Shown piece by piece: positions 20,343 to 30,095 of a stretch of DNA of 64,000 nt (position 1 is its first letter; the number at the start of each line of letters is the position of its first letter). The notes beneath the pieces were generated by a model. The model was not told the origin of the DNA. It saw only the letters and a program-made list of their open reading frames with translations, and did no database searches. This DNA is from Acidobacteriota bacterium (GTDB lineage: Bacteria; Acidobacteriota; Thermoanaerobaculia; UBA5066; Gp7-AA6). The position numbers and the translations under genes were made by a program. The DNA lies in the NCBI GenBank assembly GCA_039933215.1, contig JBDTOO010000004.1, positions 5,844-69,843 on the forward strand, given 5' to 3'.

Positions 20343-22343
20343 TCAGGGAGCGGCCGCGGAGAGGCGGAGCGCTTCGCGGATCGAAGGCTGGTCGGGGTCG
20401 ATCGAGAGCGACCGCTCGAAACGGCGGCGGGCGGATGCCCGATCTCCTGCGCAGAGCTCGGAGACGCCGAGCAGATTCAACGCGTCGCGCCCGCCCTTCT
20501 CCCCGAACGGGGCGAGAGTCTTCGAGGCTCCCGCGCAATCCTGCGCCTCGAACTGGTTTCTCCCGAGCGCGACCGCGAGGGGCTCGGATGCCGGGTAGCG
20601 GCGCAGGCCCTCCTCGAGCACGGCGCGCGACCCTCCTTTCGAGCCGACCGCCGCGCTCCACTGGAGGAGCGTCTGCTCGGGGTCGGGGTGCCCCGCCTCG
20701 AGCGATCGAAAGAGCCAGTCCCGCGCCGGCGCCATGCGCCCGCGCAGGCGCTCCGTCACCGCCAGATTGAACATCGGCGAGGAATAACCCGGCCGTATCT
20801 TCAGCGACTCCCGGAAGGCGCGCTCGGCGTCGTCGTAGCGTCCCGCCTCCCGCTCGAACAGACCGAGGTTGTTCCAGGCTCCCTCCGTGCGCCCGGGCCA
20901 GGGGCCACCGGGCGCTGGGGCCGACCGCGTCTCGCCTCCGCTCAGGTAACCGAGCGCGCGGAGTTTTTTCGCGTATTCATCCTGTTCCTCGCGGGACGGT
21001 TCCGCCGCCGCGACCCGCCGCACCGCGATCCCCGCGAACGCATCGCCGCGGGGCGACTCACGTGCGGCGGGAAACCAGGACGCGAGGAACTTCCCCGTCA
21101 TCCGCCGGTCGGCCGGCACGCCGAGCAGCGCGGACACCGTCGGCGCGACGTCGTAGACGCTCGCGCCGCCCCTCTCCGCCGACGCGGCCACTCCGGGTCC
21201 CCAGGCCGCGAGGACGCCGTCCAACCGGTGCCAGAACGCCGCCGTGGACCACTCGAGAGACGAGCGGCGGCAGGTCCGGTCCTCGCCCCACTTGAACCCG
21301 TGGTCGGAGCAGATCAGGAGGATCGAGCCGTCCTCGGCGGCGCGCCGCATCCACTGGCCGAGAAGCCGGTCGACGAGCGCGTAGTACGCGTCGACAACGC
21401 CCGAGTAGCGCGCGAACTCCTCGTCGGGCGTGCACGCGAGCTTCGGGGGAACGTCGGCGGCGAAGACGTGCCCGATCGCGTCGGTCCCTTCGAAGTAAAC
21501 CGCGGCGAGATCCGGCCGCTCGCGGTCGTAGAGGTCCCGCGCGATGCGCTGGACCGTGCGCGTCGCGCCGAGGATCTTCGCGAGTGCGACCATCCGATTC
21601 TCGAGCCCGCCACCGCGGCTTCGCTCGGCGGCGATCTCGGACCCGTTCGCCGAAACGTACGGAGCGAGGTCGGCGTCCGGAACCCGGTTTTCCGCGGACA
21701 TGACCGCGCGGACGCCCTCCGCGAGCGCCGTCGGAAATGCGACCGAGGAGGTCTGTCCTTCGAACAGGATCGAGCTCGCATGGTCGGTGACCATGTATCC
21801 CCCGACTTCTTCGGCGGGGTCCGTCGCCCACCATCCGGTCACGCCGACCCGGAGCCCGGCCGAGGAAACGGTGTTCCACACGGCGGGAACCCGCCGCGAC
21901 CGGCCCGATATGGGGACCGCGGCGCCGGTTTTCGGATCGAGCTCCTGGAAGTCGAGGACGCCGTGAATGTCCGGAGTGACTCCGGTCGCGATCGACGTCC
22001 AGACGACGGGCGAAAGGACCGGCACGAAGCTCCGCAGGTTGGCCGTGCGGCCCTCGCGAACGAGCCGCGCGAGGTTCGGCATGCGGCCCGCGCCCGCGAG
22101 GCGGTCCAGGATCGACCAGTCGGCGCCGTCGAGACCGACGACGATGACACCGGTCCGGCCGCGCCGCTGGGCCTTCCGCGGAGGATCCGTGTCTTCGACG
22201 CTCGGCCGCGCGGCGGCCGCGAGAGCGGCCTTGCCTTCTCCGGCCGGGGTCCCGCGCGAAGACTCTCCGCACCGGACCGCGAAGAGAACGAGAAGGACGG
22301 CGAGAAAAACCGCGACCGGCCGGCCCCTTCGGAGAAAAACCAT
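20343..22343 (-). CDS. secreted alkaline-phosphatase-superfamily enzyme (type I phosphodiesterase/nucleotide pyrophosphatase or sulfatase-like) with C-terminal TPR repeats; start at ATG 22343 or 22358
   Basis: VIVVGLDGADWSIL ... metal-binding N-terminus of the AlkP core. C-terminal TPR-like helices. The signal peptide begins at MVFLRRGRPVAVFLAVLLVLFA. Confidence 0.6.
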   Translation of the reverse strand: MVFLRRGRPVAVFLAVLLVLFAVRCGESSRGTPAGEGKAALAAAARPSVEDTDPPRKAQRRGRTGVIVVGLDGADWSILDRLAGAGRMPNLARLVREGRTANLRSFVPVLSPVVWTSIATGVTPDIHGVLDFQELDPKTGAAVPISGRSRRVPAVWNTVSSAGLRVGVTGWWATDPAEEVGGYMVTDHASSILFEGQTSSVAFPTALAEGVRAVMSAENRVPDADLAPYVSANGSEIAAERSRGGGLENRMVALAKILGATRTVQRIARDLYDRERPDLAAVYFEGTDAIGHVFAADVPPKLACTPDEEFARYSGVVDAYYALVDRLLGQWMRRAAEDGSILLICSDHGFKWGEDRTCRRSSLEWSTAAFWHRLDGVLAAWGPGVAASAERGGASVYDVAPTVSALLGVPADRRMTGKFLASWFPAARESPRGDAFAGIAVRRVAAAEPSREEQDEYAKKLRALGYLSGGETRSAPAPGGPWPGRTEGAWNNLGLFEREAGRYDDAERAFRESLKIRPGYSSPMFNLAVTERLRGRMAPARDWLFRSLEAGHPDPEQTLLQWSAAVGSKGGSRAVLEEGLRRYPASEPLAVALGRNQFEAQDCAGASKTLAPFGEKGGRDALNLLGVSELCAGDRASARRRFERSLSIDPDQPSIREALRLSAAAP

Positions 22344-22388
22344 CCGCGTTCCGATCATAGCAACGGACACCCCGTCACCCATCAGACG

Positions 22389-22545
22389 TGGGAGGTGAGA
22401 GGTGAGAGGAGACAGGAGGCAGGAGACAGGTGACGGGTGACGGCAGACACGTGGCTTTGGATGGATGACGGCCCCCCGATCCCACCTCCCACCTCCCACC
22501 TCTCACCTCTGACCTCTCACCTGTCACCTGTCACCTGTCACCACC
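22389..22545. repeat. purine-rich heptamer array (GGTGAGA/GGTGACA/GGAGACA) and its pyrimidine-rich inverted copy around a 35-bp spacer; long imperfect palindrome
   Basis: Read directly: gggaggtgagaggtgagaggagacaggaggcaggagacaggtgacgggtgacgg ... ccacctcccacctctcacctctgacctctcacctgtcacctgtcacctgtcacc. Confidence 0.6.
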
Positions 22546-22577
22546 TCCTCTCGCCGGGATCGTCCGAACAAAAAAAA

Positions 22578-22605
22578 GGCCCCCTGGCGGGGGCCCCTTT
22601 CCAGC
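22578..22605 (-). terminator. rho-independent terminator downstream of the TonB-dependent receptor gene
   Basis: On the minus strand: GGCCCCC-GCCA-GGGGGCC stem-loop followed by eight T. Lies 14 nt past the TBDR stop. Confidence 0.7.
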
Positions 22606-22618
22606 GAAACCGGAAGGA

Positions 22619-25558
22619 CTAGAAGCTGACCTTCCCGAAAACCCGCAGGCTGCGGCGGCCCGTGAAGGAGATCGGCCGCCCGTAGTTGGCCTGCTGCGGT
22701 CCGCCTTCCGTCAGGTCGAAGCGCTCGTCCTGCTGGAGGACCCTCTGCTGGTTCAGGACGTTGAAGACATCCGCCCCGACGTTGAACTCCGCGGGCCCCA
22801 TGGGGATCGAGTAGCCGAGGTGGAGGTCCGCGTCGTAGACGGACGGCGTGCGTCCCGCCGTTCCGCGCTGGGTCAGATAGAGCTCGTAGTTGCGGTAGTC
22901 GTTGTAGTAGCCCCGCTGGGTGAGCGGCGTGCCTGTGAAGTAGAACGCCGACAGACCCACGGTGAGCCGGAACGGGGTGATGTAGGACCCGTCGAGCTTC
23001 AGGGTGCTCCGGCGGTCGTTCGAGAGGTATCCGCGGGCGTTGTCCAGGAACACCCGGTAGTCGTACGCCGAATTGATGTTCGGGTCGAGCTGTCCGGTGG
23101 AGGTCTGGAAGACTCCGTCGTAGTTGCCCTGGAGCTTCGAGTAAACGTAGGACGCGATGAACTGGAGCGAGTTGCTGAAGCGCTTCTGGGCGGTCAGCTG
23201 GATCGCGCGGTAGTAGCGGCGCGGGGCCACGTTGACAAACTCCTGACCAACCAGCTCGCCCGTGTCGGGGCTGATGAACGTGGTGCCGGGGTTGAAGATG
23301 AAGTACTCGAGGTCGCCCGCCGCGTTCACGGCGCCGCCATCCTCGATGACCCGGCCGAGACCCCGGTAGTTCGCTTCGATGCCGACCGAGAGGTCCTGCA
23401 GCGGCTCGAACTGGACGCCGAAGCTGATGCCGTCCGAGTACTGGCCCTGAATGCCGGGCTGCGTGGGCTCACCGAAGGAACCGCCCGTCTTGATCGTGCT
23501 CTGCCGGCCGGCGGAGCAAACGCGGGACGTCGCCGTCGAGGCGCCGACCGGCGTGAAAAAAACTCCGCAAACCGAAGGATCGCCGACGTCGCTGTTCGGG
23601 TCGCGGTTGTAGACCGCCGTCGTGACTTCGAGGCCGTAGGCGCGGATGTTGATGTCCGTGGGCATCGTCTCGTAGAAGCGGGCGTAATTGCCGTACAGGC
23701 GGGACCGTCCGCCGCCCAGGAAGTCCCAGGCGAATCCGACGCGCGGCATCCACTCGTCGTTGATGTGGATCTGGGTCAGGTTGCTGATGTCCTTGACCTT
23801 CTGATCTTCCCAGCGGACACCGAGGTTCAGCGTCAGGGTCGGGAGGATCTGCCACTTGTCCTGGAAAAAGGCGCCCGTGTTGTTGGTGCGGGAGAGCGTT
23901 CCGCCCGGAGCGACGTCGACCTCGATCGGATCCCCAGCCGCGTTGCGCACGCCGCTCGAGTTGTACTCGTGCTGGTAGATCGTTCCTTCGACGAAGTTCC
24001 GAACGAAGACCGTCTCCTTCATGCCCGCCGGCCCCGTGTAGAGCCGCTTGCTGTCCGAGGAGTTCTGGGCGTAGTCGCCGCCGACCTTGAACTCGTGCGA
24101 TCCGAAGAAATTGACGAAGGCGCTCGCGTTCGCCTTGAAGTAGTTGCGCTGGAAGGTCTGGGACTGGTGGAAGCCGTAGCCGCCCTGGTTCGGAATGCCC
24201 GAGGGCACGACGGTCGTGAAGAGGCGAAGATCCTCGGCCGCCGGCGCGAAGACGTTCTTCTCGTTGTGTCGGGCACCCTGCAATTCAAAGAGGAAGGCCG
24301 ATCCCACGACGCCCGACAGGCGGCCCGTGTAGTCCGTGCCACCCTGCTTGCGCACGCCCTGGTAGGTCCCCGGATCGGCGCCGGCCAGCGGGGTGACCAG
24401 GTTGGGCCCGAGCTCATTCGGGTCGCCGAAGACCGATCCGGTCAGGGACAGCCCTTCGAGGATCCGGAACGTGAGCTTGCCGGCGTAGAGGTCCTGATTC
24501 AGGATCCGGGCGGTCGTCGCACCCGTGAGCGTGCCCGTTCCGGGGCCCGCGTTCCCGCCGATCGTGCCGTTGCCGATCGGGTTATTCAGGAAGTTGTTGC
24601 CTCCCGTGTGGACCCGGTCGTAGGCGCCGAAAAACCAGATCCGGTCCTTGACCGCGAAACCGCCGATGTCCGCGCCCCAGTCGGCCGTCAGGGTGTTTCG
24701 GATAGGGTCGGCCTGGGACCGCGCGGTGCCCAAACTGTCCGACTTCTCCTGGACGTGCTTGTCCGCCGCGGCCCAGATGTTGCCGCCCGTCGCGTCATTG
24801 CTGCGTCCCGAGTAGTAACCGAACGCGTCGCCGTGGAAGGTGTTCCCGCCCGACTTGGTGATGGCGTTCAGCACGCCGCCCTGGGCGTGGCCGTACTCCG
24901 CCTGGTAGCCGCCGACCTTGACCTCGACCTCCTGGATGAACTCGGACGGCGCGGCCTTGCCCTGCCGGCCGTACTGGACCTCGGTCGTGTCGACGCCGTC
25001 GATGATGAAGCTGTTCTCCGCACCCGTCGAGCCGTGCACGTTGAAGTTCGTGTTGTCGAGTCCGAAGCCCGCCACGACGCCGGGAGTCTTCGTCGCGATG
25101 GCCTGGAAGCCGCGGCCGATGGGCAGCGTCTTGACGAACTCCGACGTGAAGTTGGCGCCCGTCGACGAGGAGGTCGCGTCGATGACGGGGGCTTGGCTCG
25201 ACACCGTCACTTCCGCCGTTGCGCCCGAGATGGACATCGCCGCGTCGACGATGACGGTCTTGTCGAGCTGGACCGCCGCTTTCTTCTCGATCTTTCCGAA
25301 GCCCGAGAGGTTGTAGGACACCACGTACTCGCCCGGGGGAAGGAGAGAGATCCGATACTGCCCGTCTCCGCCGGTCGTCGCGGACTTGGTCCCCTGGAGA
25401 GCCTGGCTCCGGGCCTCGACCGTTACACCGGGAAGCACGCCGCCCGTGCTGTCCTTGACCTGCCCGCGGATCTCGCCCGTCGTCTGGGCGAGCAGGCCGG
25501 CGGCGGCCGAAAACAGTGCCACACAAAGGAAATAGCGAAACGAAGAACCAGACCTCAT
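22619..25558 (-). CDS. TonB-dependent outer-membrane receptor with an N-terminal carboxypeptidase-regulatory-like (CarboxypepD_reg) domain
   Basis: Signal peptide. TGEIRGQVKDSTGGVLPGVTVEA ... DGQYRISLLPPGEY domain, then a plug and a 22-strand barrel ending in C-terminal F. RBS GGAGGG upstream of the ATG at 25558. Confidence 0.8.
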   Translation of the reverse strand: MRSGSSFRYFLCVALFSAAAGLLAQTTGEIRGQVKDSTGGVLPGVTVEARSQALQGTKSATTGGDGQYRISLLPPGEYVVSYNLSGFGKIEKKAAVQLDKTVIVDAAMSISGATAEVTVSSQAPVIDATSSSTGANFTSEFVKTLPIGRGFQAIATKTPGVVAGFGLDNTNFNVHGSTGAENSFIIDGVDTTEVQYGRQGKAAPSEFIQEVEVKVGGYQAEYGHAQGGVLNAITKSGGNTFHGDAFGYYSGRSNDATGGNIWAAADKHVQEKSDSLGTARSQADPIRNTLTADWGADIGGFAVKDRIWFFGAYDRVHTGGNNFLNNPIGNGTIGGNAGPGTGTLTGATTARILNQDLYAGKLTFRILEGLSLTGSVFGDPNELGPNLVTPLAGADPGTYQGVRKQGGTDYTGRLSGVVGSAFLFELQGARHNEKNVFAPAAEDLRLFTTVVPSGIPNQGGYGFHQSQTFQRNYFKANASAFVNFFGSHEFKVGGDYAQNSSDSKRLYTGPAGMKETVFVRNFVEGTIYQHEYNSSGVRNAAGDPIEVDVAPGGTLSRTNNTGAFFQDKWQILPTLTLNLGVRWEDQKVKDISNLTQIHINDEWMPRVGFAWDFLGGGRSRLYGNYARFYETMPTDINIRAYGLEVTTAVYNRDPNSDVGDPSVCGVFFTPVGASTATSRVCSAGRQSTIKTGGSFGEPTQPGIQGQYSDGISFGVQFEPLQDLSVGIEANYRGLGRVIEDGGAVNAAGDLEYFIFNPGTTFISPDTGELVGQEFVNVAPRRYYRAIQLTAQKRFSNSLQFIASYVYSKLQGNYDGVFQTSTGQLDPNINSAYDYRVFLDNARGYLSNDRRSTLKLDGSYITPFRLTVGLSAFYFTGTPLTQRGYYNDYRNYELYLTQRGTAGRTPSVYDADLHLGYSIPMGPAEFNVGADVFNVLNQQRVLQQDERFDLTEGGPQQANYGRPISFTGRRSLRVFGKVSF

Positions 25559-25761
25559 GAGCCCTCCTCTTGGGTTATTGAAGGGTGCTTTTGCCACACG
25601 TTGGACTCCAATTTCCCACATGTAGAGCAATGTCACTGCCAATATGCGACCATTCGCCACAACATGGTATGTCTATGAGCCACAAGGACATGGCATCGTC
25701 GAGAGGCGCGACGTTAGGCCGCCGAAACTATAAATTTGAAGGAAAATCCAACCGTTTGGAT

Positions 25762-26283
25762 CTAGGGCTGGACTTCGAGGGAGACGAGATGAGCACCTTT
25801 TTCGACGGCCTGGCCGGCGGAAGCCGTGAGCCGGGAGACCCGCCCGGCGACCGAGGCGCGGATCTCGTTCTGCATCTTCATCGCCTCCAGAATCAGGAGA
25901 AGCGCGCCCGCGGCCACCGTGTCCCCCTCGGACACCTGCACCTCGACGACGCGGCCCGGCATCAGGGCGCGGACCTCTTCCCCGCTCGCGTCGGAGGCTT
26001 CCATCTCCGTGTGCGCGGCGCGATGGCGGGGGTCGGCGAGCGGGACGCGGACGATCGCGCCGCGGCGTCCCACGAGCGATTCCGGACGTCCGGCGACGAC
26101 GCGGCCGCAGACCTGCCGGCCGTCGGCGAAGAGGAGCGAAAGCCGCCCGTCCGGCAGCCGGACCGCATCGACCTCGGAGCGCACTCCGCCGTCGTCGACG
26201 ACGGCGCCGGAGGATGTCCATGCGACGACGATCTCCCGCGCCCCGTCGGCACCCCGATAGTGGAGCCGGATCCGGCCGTGCAT
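25762..26283 (-). CDS. biotin carboxyl carrier protein (biotinyl/lipoyl domain), stand-alone
   Basis: EAMKMQNEI biotinylation motif. 173 aa. ATGA overlap with the upstream biotin carboxylase gene. Confidence 0.75.
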   Translation of the reverse strand: MHGRIRLHYRGADGAREIVVAWTSSGAVVDDGGVRSEVDAVRLPDGRLSLLFADGRQVCGRVVAGRPESLVGRRGAIVRVPLADPRHRAAHTEMEASDASGEEVRALMPGRVVEVQVSEGDTVAAGALLLILEAMKMQNEIRASVAGRVSRLTASAGQAVEKGAHLVSLEVQP

Positions 26284-27770
26284 CAGCGGACCGAGTCCCG
26301 CCGGGCGGTCCGGCGCCAGAGCGACGCCTTCTCCTCTCGCGACGCGGACGGCGCGTCCATGCCTTCCGCCGCGAGCCCGACGGCGGCGAGGAAGACGTCC
26401 TCCGGCGCGGGCGGCCGGTCGGGAAAGAAGCCCCCGGCGAGCCGGCGGTCGAGCCACTGGACGTCGAACGCTCCCGCCCGGAAATCCTCGTCTTCGACCA
26501 GCCGGCGAAAGAGAGGAAGCGTCGTCTCGACTCCCCAGATCTCGTACTCTTCGAGGGCGCGGGCGAGGCGCGACACGGCCGCCGGCCGGTCGGCGGCGTG
26601 GACGATGAGCTTTCCGAGCATCGGGTCGTAGTCGAACGGAACGACGGAGCCCTGCTCCACTCCCATGTCGTGCCGGATCCCCGGCCCCTGGGGGAGCCGG
26701 AGGGCGGAGATCGTCCCAGGGCTCGGCGCGAACCCGCGGCGGGGATCTTCCGCGTAGATGCGGCATTCGATGGCGTGCCCGCGCGGAGTGAGATCGGAGA
26801 ACGAGAGCGGCTCGCCGAGGGCGACGCGGATCATCTCGGCGGCGAGGTCCACGCCCCACACCTCCTCCGTGACGGGGTGCTCCACCTGCAGCCGGGTGTT
26901 CATCTCGAGAAAGTAGAAGGCTCCGTCCGAAGCGAGGAGAAACTCGACGGTGCCGCACGACGAGTAGCCGACGGCCGCCGCGGCGGCGACAGCGGCTTCG
27001 GACATGCGCCCGCGAAGCTCGGCGGAGACGGCGGGAGACGGACACTCCTCCACGACCTTCTGGTGCCGGCGCTGGATGCTGCACTCGCGCTCGCCGACCG
27101 CCACGAGATGGCCTCGCGAGTCGCCGATCACCTGGACCTCGACGTGGCGGGGTTTTTCGATGAGCTTCTCGGCGTACACGGAGCCGTCCGCGAACGAAGC
27201 GCGGGCCTCCGACGCGACCCGGTCGAGGGCGCTCGCGATTTCGCCGGGGGAATCGACCTGCCGCATCCCCTTCCCGCCTCCGCCCGCCGACGCCTTGAGG
27301 AGGATCGGATATCCCGCCTCGCCGGCGAAACGTTCGACTTCCGCGGCGCTCGCCGCCGCCGCGCTCATCCCGGGGACCACGGGGACGCCCGCGGCCGCCA
27401 TGCGCTGTCGCGCGGCCGTTTTGCTGCCCATGGCTTCGATCGCGGAGGCCGGAGGGCCGACGAACGTCAGGCCCACCTCCCCACAAGCGCGCGCAAACGC
27501 CGCGTTCTCCGAGAGAAACCCGTAGCCCGGATGGACGAGAGTCGCCCCGGTCTTTTCGGCGGCGGCGAGGATGGCCGCCACCGACAGGTAGCTCTGCGCG
27601 GCGGGCGCCGGACCGAGGCGCACCGCCCGGTCCGCCGCCGCGACGTGGGGCGCCTTGCGGTCCGCGTCCGAATAGACGGCCACGGTCTCGATGCCCAGGT
27701 CGCGGCACGCGCGGAAGATCCGGAGCGCGATCTCGCCGCGGTTCGCGACGAGGAGGCGGGGCTTCACCAC
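26283..27770 (-). CDS. acetyl/propionyl-CoA carboxylase biotin carboxylase subunit
   Basis: MVKPRLLVANRGEIA N-terminus, an ATP-grasp fold and a BC C-terminal domain. 495 aa. Confidence 0.85.
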   Translation of the reverse strand: MVKPRLLVANRGEIALRIFRACRDLGIETVAVYSDADRKAPHVAAADRAVRLGPAPAAQSYLSVAAILAAAEKTGATLVHPGYGFLSENAAFARACGEVGLTFVGPPASAIEAMGSKTAARQRMAAAGVPVVPGMSAAAASAAEVERFAGEAGYPILLKASAGGGGKGMRQVDSPGEIASALDRVASEARASFADGSVYAEKLIEKPRHVEVQVIGDSRGHLVAVGERECSIQRRHQKVVEECPSPAVSAELRGRMSEAAVAAAAAVGYSSCGTVEFLLASDGAFYFLEMNTRLQVEHPVTEEVWGVDLAAEMIRVALGEPLSFSDLTPRGHAIECRIYAEDPRRGFAPSPGTISALRLPQGPGIRHDMGVEQGSVVPFDYDPMLGKLIVHAADRPAAVSRLARALEEYEIWGVETTLPLFRRLVEDEDFRAGAFDVQWLDRRLAGGFFPDRPPAPEDVFLAAVGLAAEGMDAPSASREEKASLWRRTARRDSVR

Positions 27771-27794
27771 CTCAGGGCCTCACGCTCCCCGCCG

Positions 27795-29336
27795 TCACAG
27801 CGGAATGTTTCCGTGCTTCTTGCGCGGCAACGTGACCCGTTTGCCCTCCAGGAGGCCGAAGGCCTGGATGAGCTTCTCGCGCGTCTCGGAGGGCTCGATG
27901 ATCTGGTCGACGTATCCGCGCCGCGCCGCGATGTACGGCGTCGCGAAGTTCTCGACGTACTCCGCCACTTTTTCAGCGCGGCTTTCGGGAGGTCCGTCGG
28001 CGAGCTCGCGTCGGTAGAGGACGTTCACCGCGCCCTCCGGTCCCATCACGGCGATCTCCGCAGTGGGGTACGCGAAGTTGAAGTCGGTCGCGATGTCCTT
28101 CGAGAGCATCACGCAGTAGGCGCCGCCGTAGGCCTTTCGCGTGATCACGGAGATCTTCGGAACGGTCGCCTCCGCGAACGCGTAGAGGAGCTTCGCGCCA
28201 TGCCGGATGATCCCGCCGTATTCCTGCTGCGTGCCCGGGAGAAAGCCCGGGACGTCCTCGAACACCAGGAGCGGGACGTTGAAGGCGTCACAGAACCGGA
28301 CGAAGCGGGCGGCCTTGACCGACGCGTCGATGTCGAGCACCCCGGCCAGGTGCATGGGTTGGTTCGCCACGACGCCGACGGAGCGGCCGTCCAGGCGGAT
28401 GAATCCGCACAGGATGTTCCTCGCGAAGGCGGGCTGGACTTCCAGAAACGTCCCCGAGTCGGCGACCATCCGGACGAGACCGGCCATGTCGTACGGCTTG
28501 TCGGGCTCCTCGGGGATGAAGCGGTCGAGATCGGACCCGGAGACGGCGGGCTCGGCCGGCTCGGCGCGCGGCGGGTCGTCGAGGTTGTTCGAGGGGAGAT
28601 AGGAGAGGAGCTCGCGGATTCCGGCGAGCACCGCCGCGTCGTCCTTCCGGACGAAATGCGCGACGCCGGAGACGGCGGCATGGGTGCGGGCTCCGCCCAG
28701 CTCTTCCTTCGTCACCTCTTCGTGCGTCACCGTGCGGATCACGTCGGGACCCGTGACGAAGAGATAGGACGTCTTCTCCGTCATGAAGACGAAATCCGTG
28801 ATCGCGGGCGAATACACGGCGCCGCCCGCGCACGGTCCGAGGATCGCCGAAATCTGCGGCACGACGCCCGAAGCCCGCGTGTTGCGCAGGAAGACCCTCG
28901 AATACCCGGCGAGCGACACGACCCCTTCCTGGATCCGGGCGCCGCCCGAGTCGTTCAATCCGATGATGGGGGCGCCGTTCTGGACGGCGAGGTCCATCAC
29001 CTTGCAGATCTTCTCGGCGTTCGATTCGGAGAGCGATCCGCCGAACACGGTGAAGTCCTGGGCGAACACGTAGACGGCGCGTCCGTCGATCCGGCCCGCG
29101 CCGCACACGACTCCGTCCCCGGGAAACTGCGTCTTCTCCATGCCGAAATCGCGGCAGCGATGCGCCACGAAGGGGTCGAGCTCGAGGAAGGAGCCGGGAT
29201 CGAGGAGGCGCTCGACGCGCTCGTGGGCGGTGAGCTTTCCCTCGGCGTGCTGGCGCTCGATCCGGGCAGCCCCGCCGCCCTCCCGAGCCTTCTCCCGCAG
29301 GGCTTCCAGATCCGCGATCCGCTTGTCGAGCGTCAT
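27795..29336 (-). CDS. acyl-CoA carboxylase carboxyltransferase subunit (propionyl-CoA carboxylase beta / methylmalonyl-CoA carboxyltransferase family)
   Basis: 513 aa. Dual crotonase-like carboxyltransferase domains with PccB-like motifs. Confidence 0.9.
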   Translation of the reverse strand: MTLDKRIADLEALREKAREGGGAARIERQHAEGKLTAHERVERLLDPGSFLELDPFVAHRCRDFGMEKTQFPGDGVVCGAGRIDGRAVYVFAQDFTVFGGSLSESNAEKICKVMDLAVQNGAPIIGLNDSGGARIQEGVVSLAGYSRVFLRNTRASGVVPQISAILGPCAGGAVYSPAITDFVFMTEKTSYLFVTGPDVIRTVTHEEVTKEELGGARTHAAVSGVAHFVRKDDAAVLAGIRELLSYLPSNNLDDPPRAEPAEPAVSGSDLDRFIPEEPDKPYDMAGLVRMVADSGTFLEVQPAFARNILCGFIRLDGRSVGVVANQPMHLAGVLDIDASVKAARFVRFCDAFNVPLLVFEDVPGFLPGTQQEYGGIIRHGAKLLYAFAEATVPKISVITRKAYGGAYCVMLSKDIATDFNFAYPTAEIAVMGPEGAVNVLYRRELADGPPESRAEKVAEYVENFATPYIAARRGYVDQIIEPSETREKLIQAFGLLEGKRVTLPRKKHGNIPL

Positions 29337-29742
29337 GGGATGAAGCTATCAGCTAAATCGTCGCCTCCGCGTTCGCGCTGCGGCGCGACCGCTCCGGCTC
29401 CCGCCCCGTGAGGCTCCTCCCTCCTCCGTCGGGAGACTCCTCACGGGGCGAGCAGATGCTTGGAATAGGCGGAAATGTTGCGGCGGTCCTTCCTTAATCT
29501 TCCGACGAAAAGGTCGCATCGAAACTAAGCCGAGCCGCAGCTCAAGCTCGAGAGGAACTCAACGAGCGGCACAACCCCAGAAGCGCCCTGGTCGCATCGC
29601 GAATAGTCTCCGCGCGATTCCGCGCGGAGGAGGTTCGCGATGCGGGAGCGGAGCGCCGCAAGGGACCAGGCGGACGGTCGAGGCGAAGCCGAGCCGTCCG
29701 CCGGCCGCGTCAGCGGAGGTCCCTTGCGACGCGCAGCGACGT

Positions 29743-30021
29743 TTAGAGGACGATCCCCCGCTGCTCCGCGAGCTTGCGCCGGATGCGCCGGAAGAGCTCC
29801 TGGCCGTCGACGCGGCCGGACGCGATCTCGCTGCGCGCGGCCTCCATCATGCGGCGCGCCTCTTCATCGAGCGTCCGCTCCTTGTCGACTTCTTCGGCGA
29901 GAGCCGCGAGGACCGAGTTCCGCAACGCTCCCGGCACGCGCTCCTCGAACAGCTGGCGCGCCGCGAGACCTCGCGCGGCACGCACGGCGATGAACTCCTT
30001 GCGCGTGTCGGAAACGGACAT
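29743..30021 (-). CDS. small hypothetical protein (92 aa); weak resemblance to a ribbon-helix-helix/ParD-like antitoxin C-terminal region
   Basis: Reasonable composition but no clear RBS. A competing antisense ORF 29640..29993 has a perfect RBS but a junk-like Arg/Ala/Pro composition. Confidence 0.3.
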   Translation of the reverse strand: MSVSDTRKEFIAVRAARGLAARQLFEERVPGALRNSVLAALAEEVDKERTLDEEARRMMEAARSEIASGRVDGQELFRRIRRKLAEQRGIVL

Positions 30022-30095
30022 GGCGAAATCGTATCGCAGACGCGTCCCGAAATCCCTTTACGGCAACGGCGTCTGCCCGTACCCTTGTCGCCCTC

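Noticed and set aside
22389-22545. Heptamer repeats considered as a CRISPR array
   Set aside because: Units are 7 bp with no unique spacers and the structure is palindromic, so it is not CRISPR.
22820-25678. 952-aa plus-strand ORF antisense to the TonB-dependent receptor
   Set aside because: Antisense shadow ORF with RVD-rich junk composition. No domain signal.
26214-29411. 1065-aa plus-strand ORF antisense to the acyl-CoA carboxylase genes
   Set aside because: Same high-GC antisense artefact. The three minus-strand genes have clear motifs.
29640-29993. 117-aa plus-strand ORF with a perfect AGGAGG-N7-ATG
   Set aside because: The translation is Arg/Ala/Pro low-complexity and it is antisense to a better-composed 92-aa ORF. 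Kept only as a note in findings.
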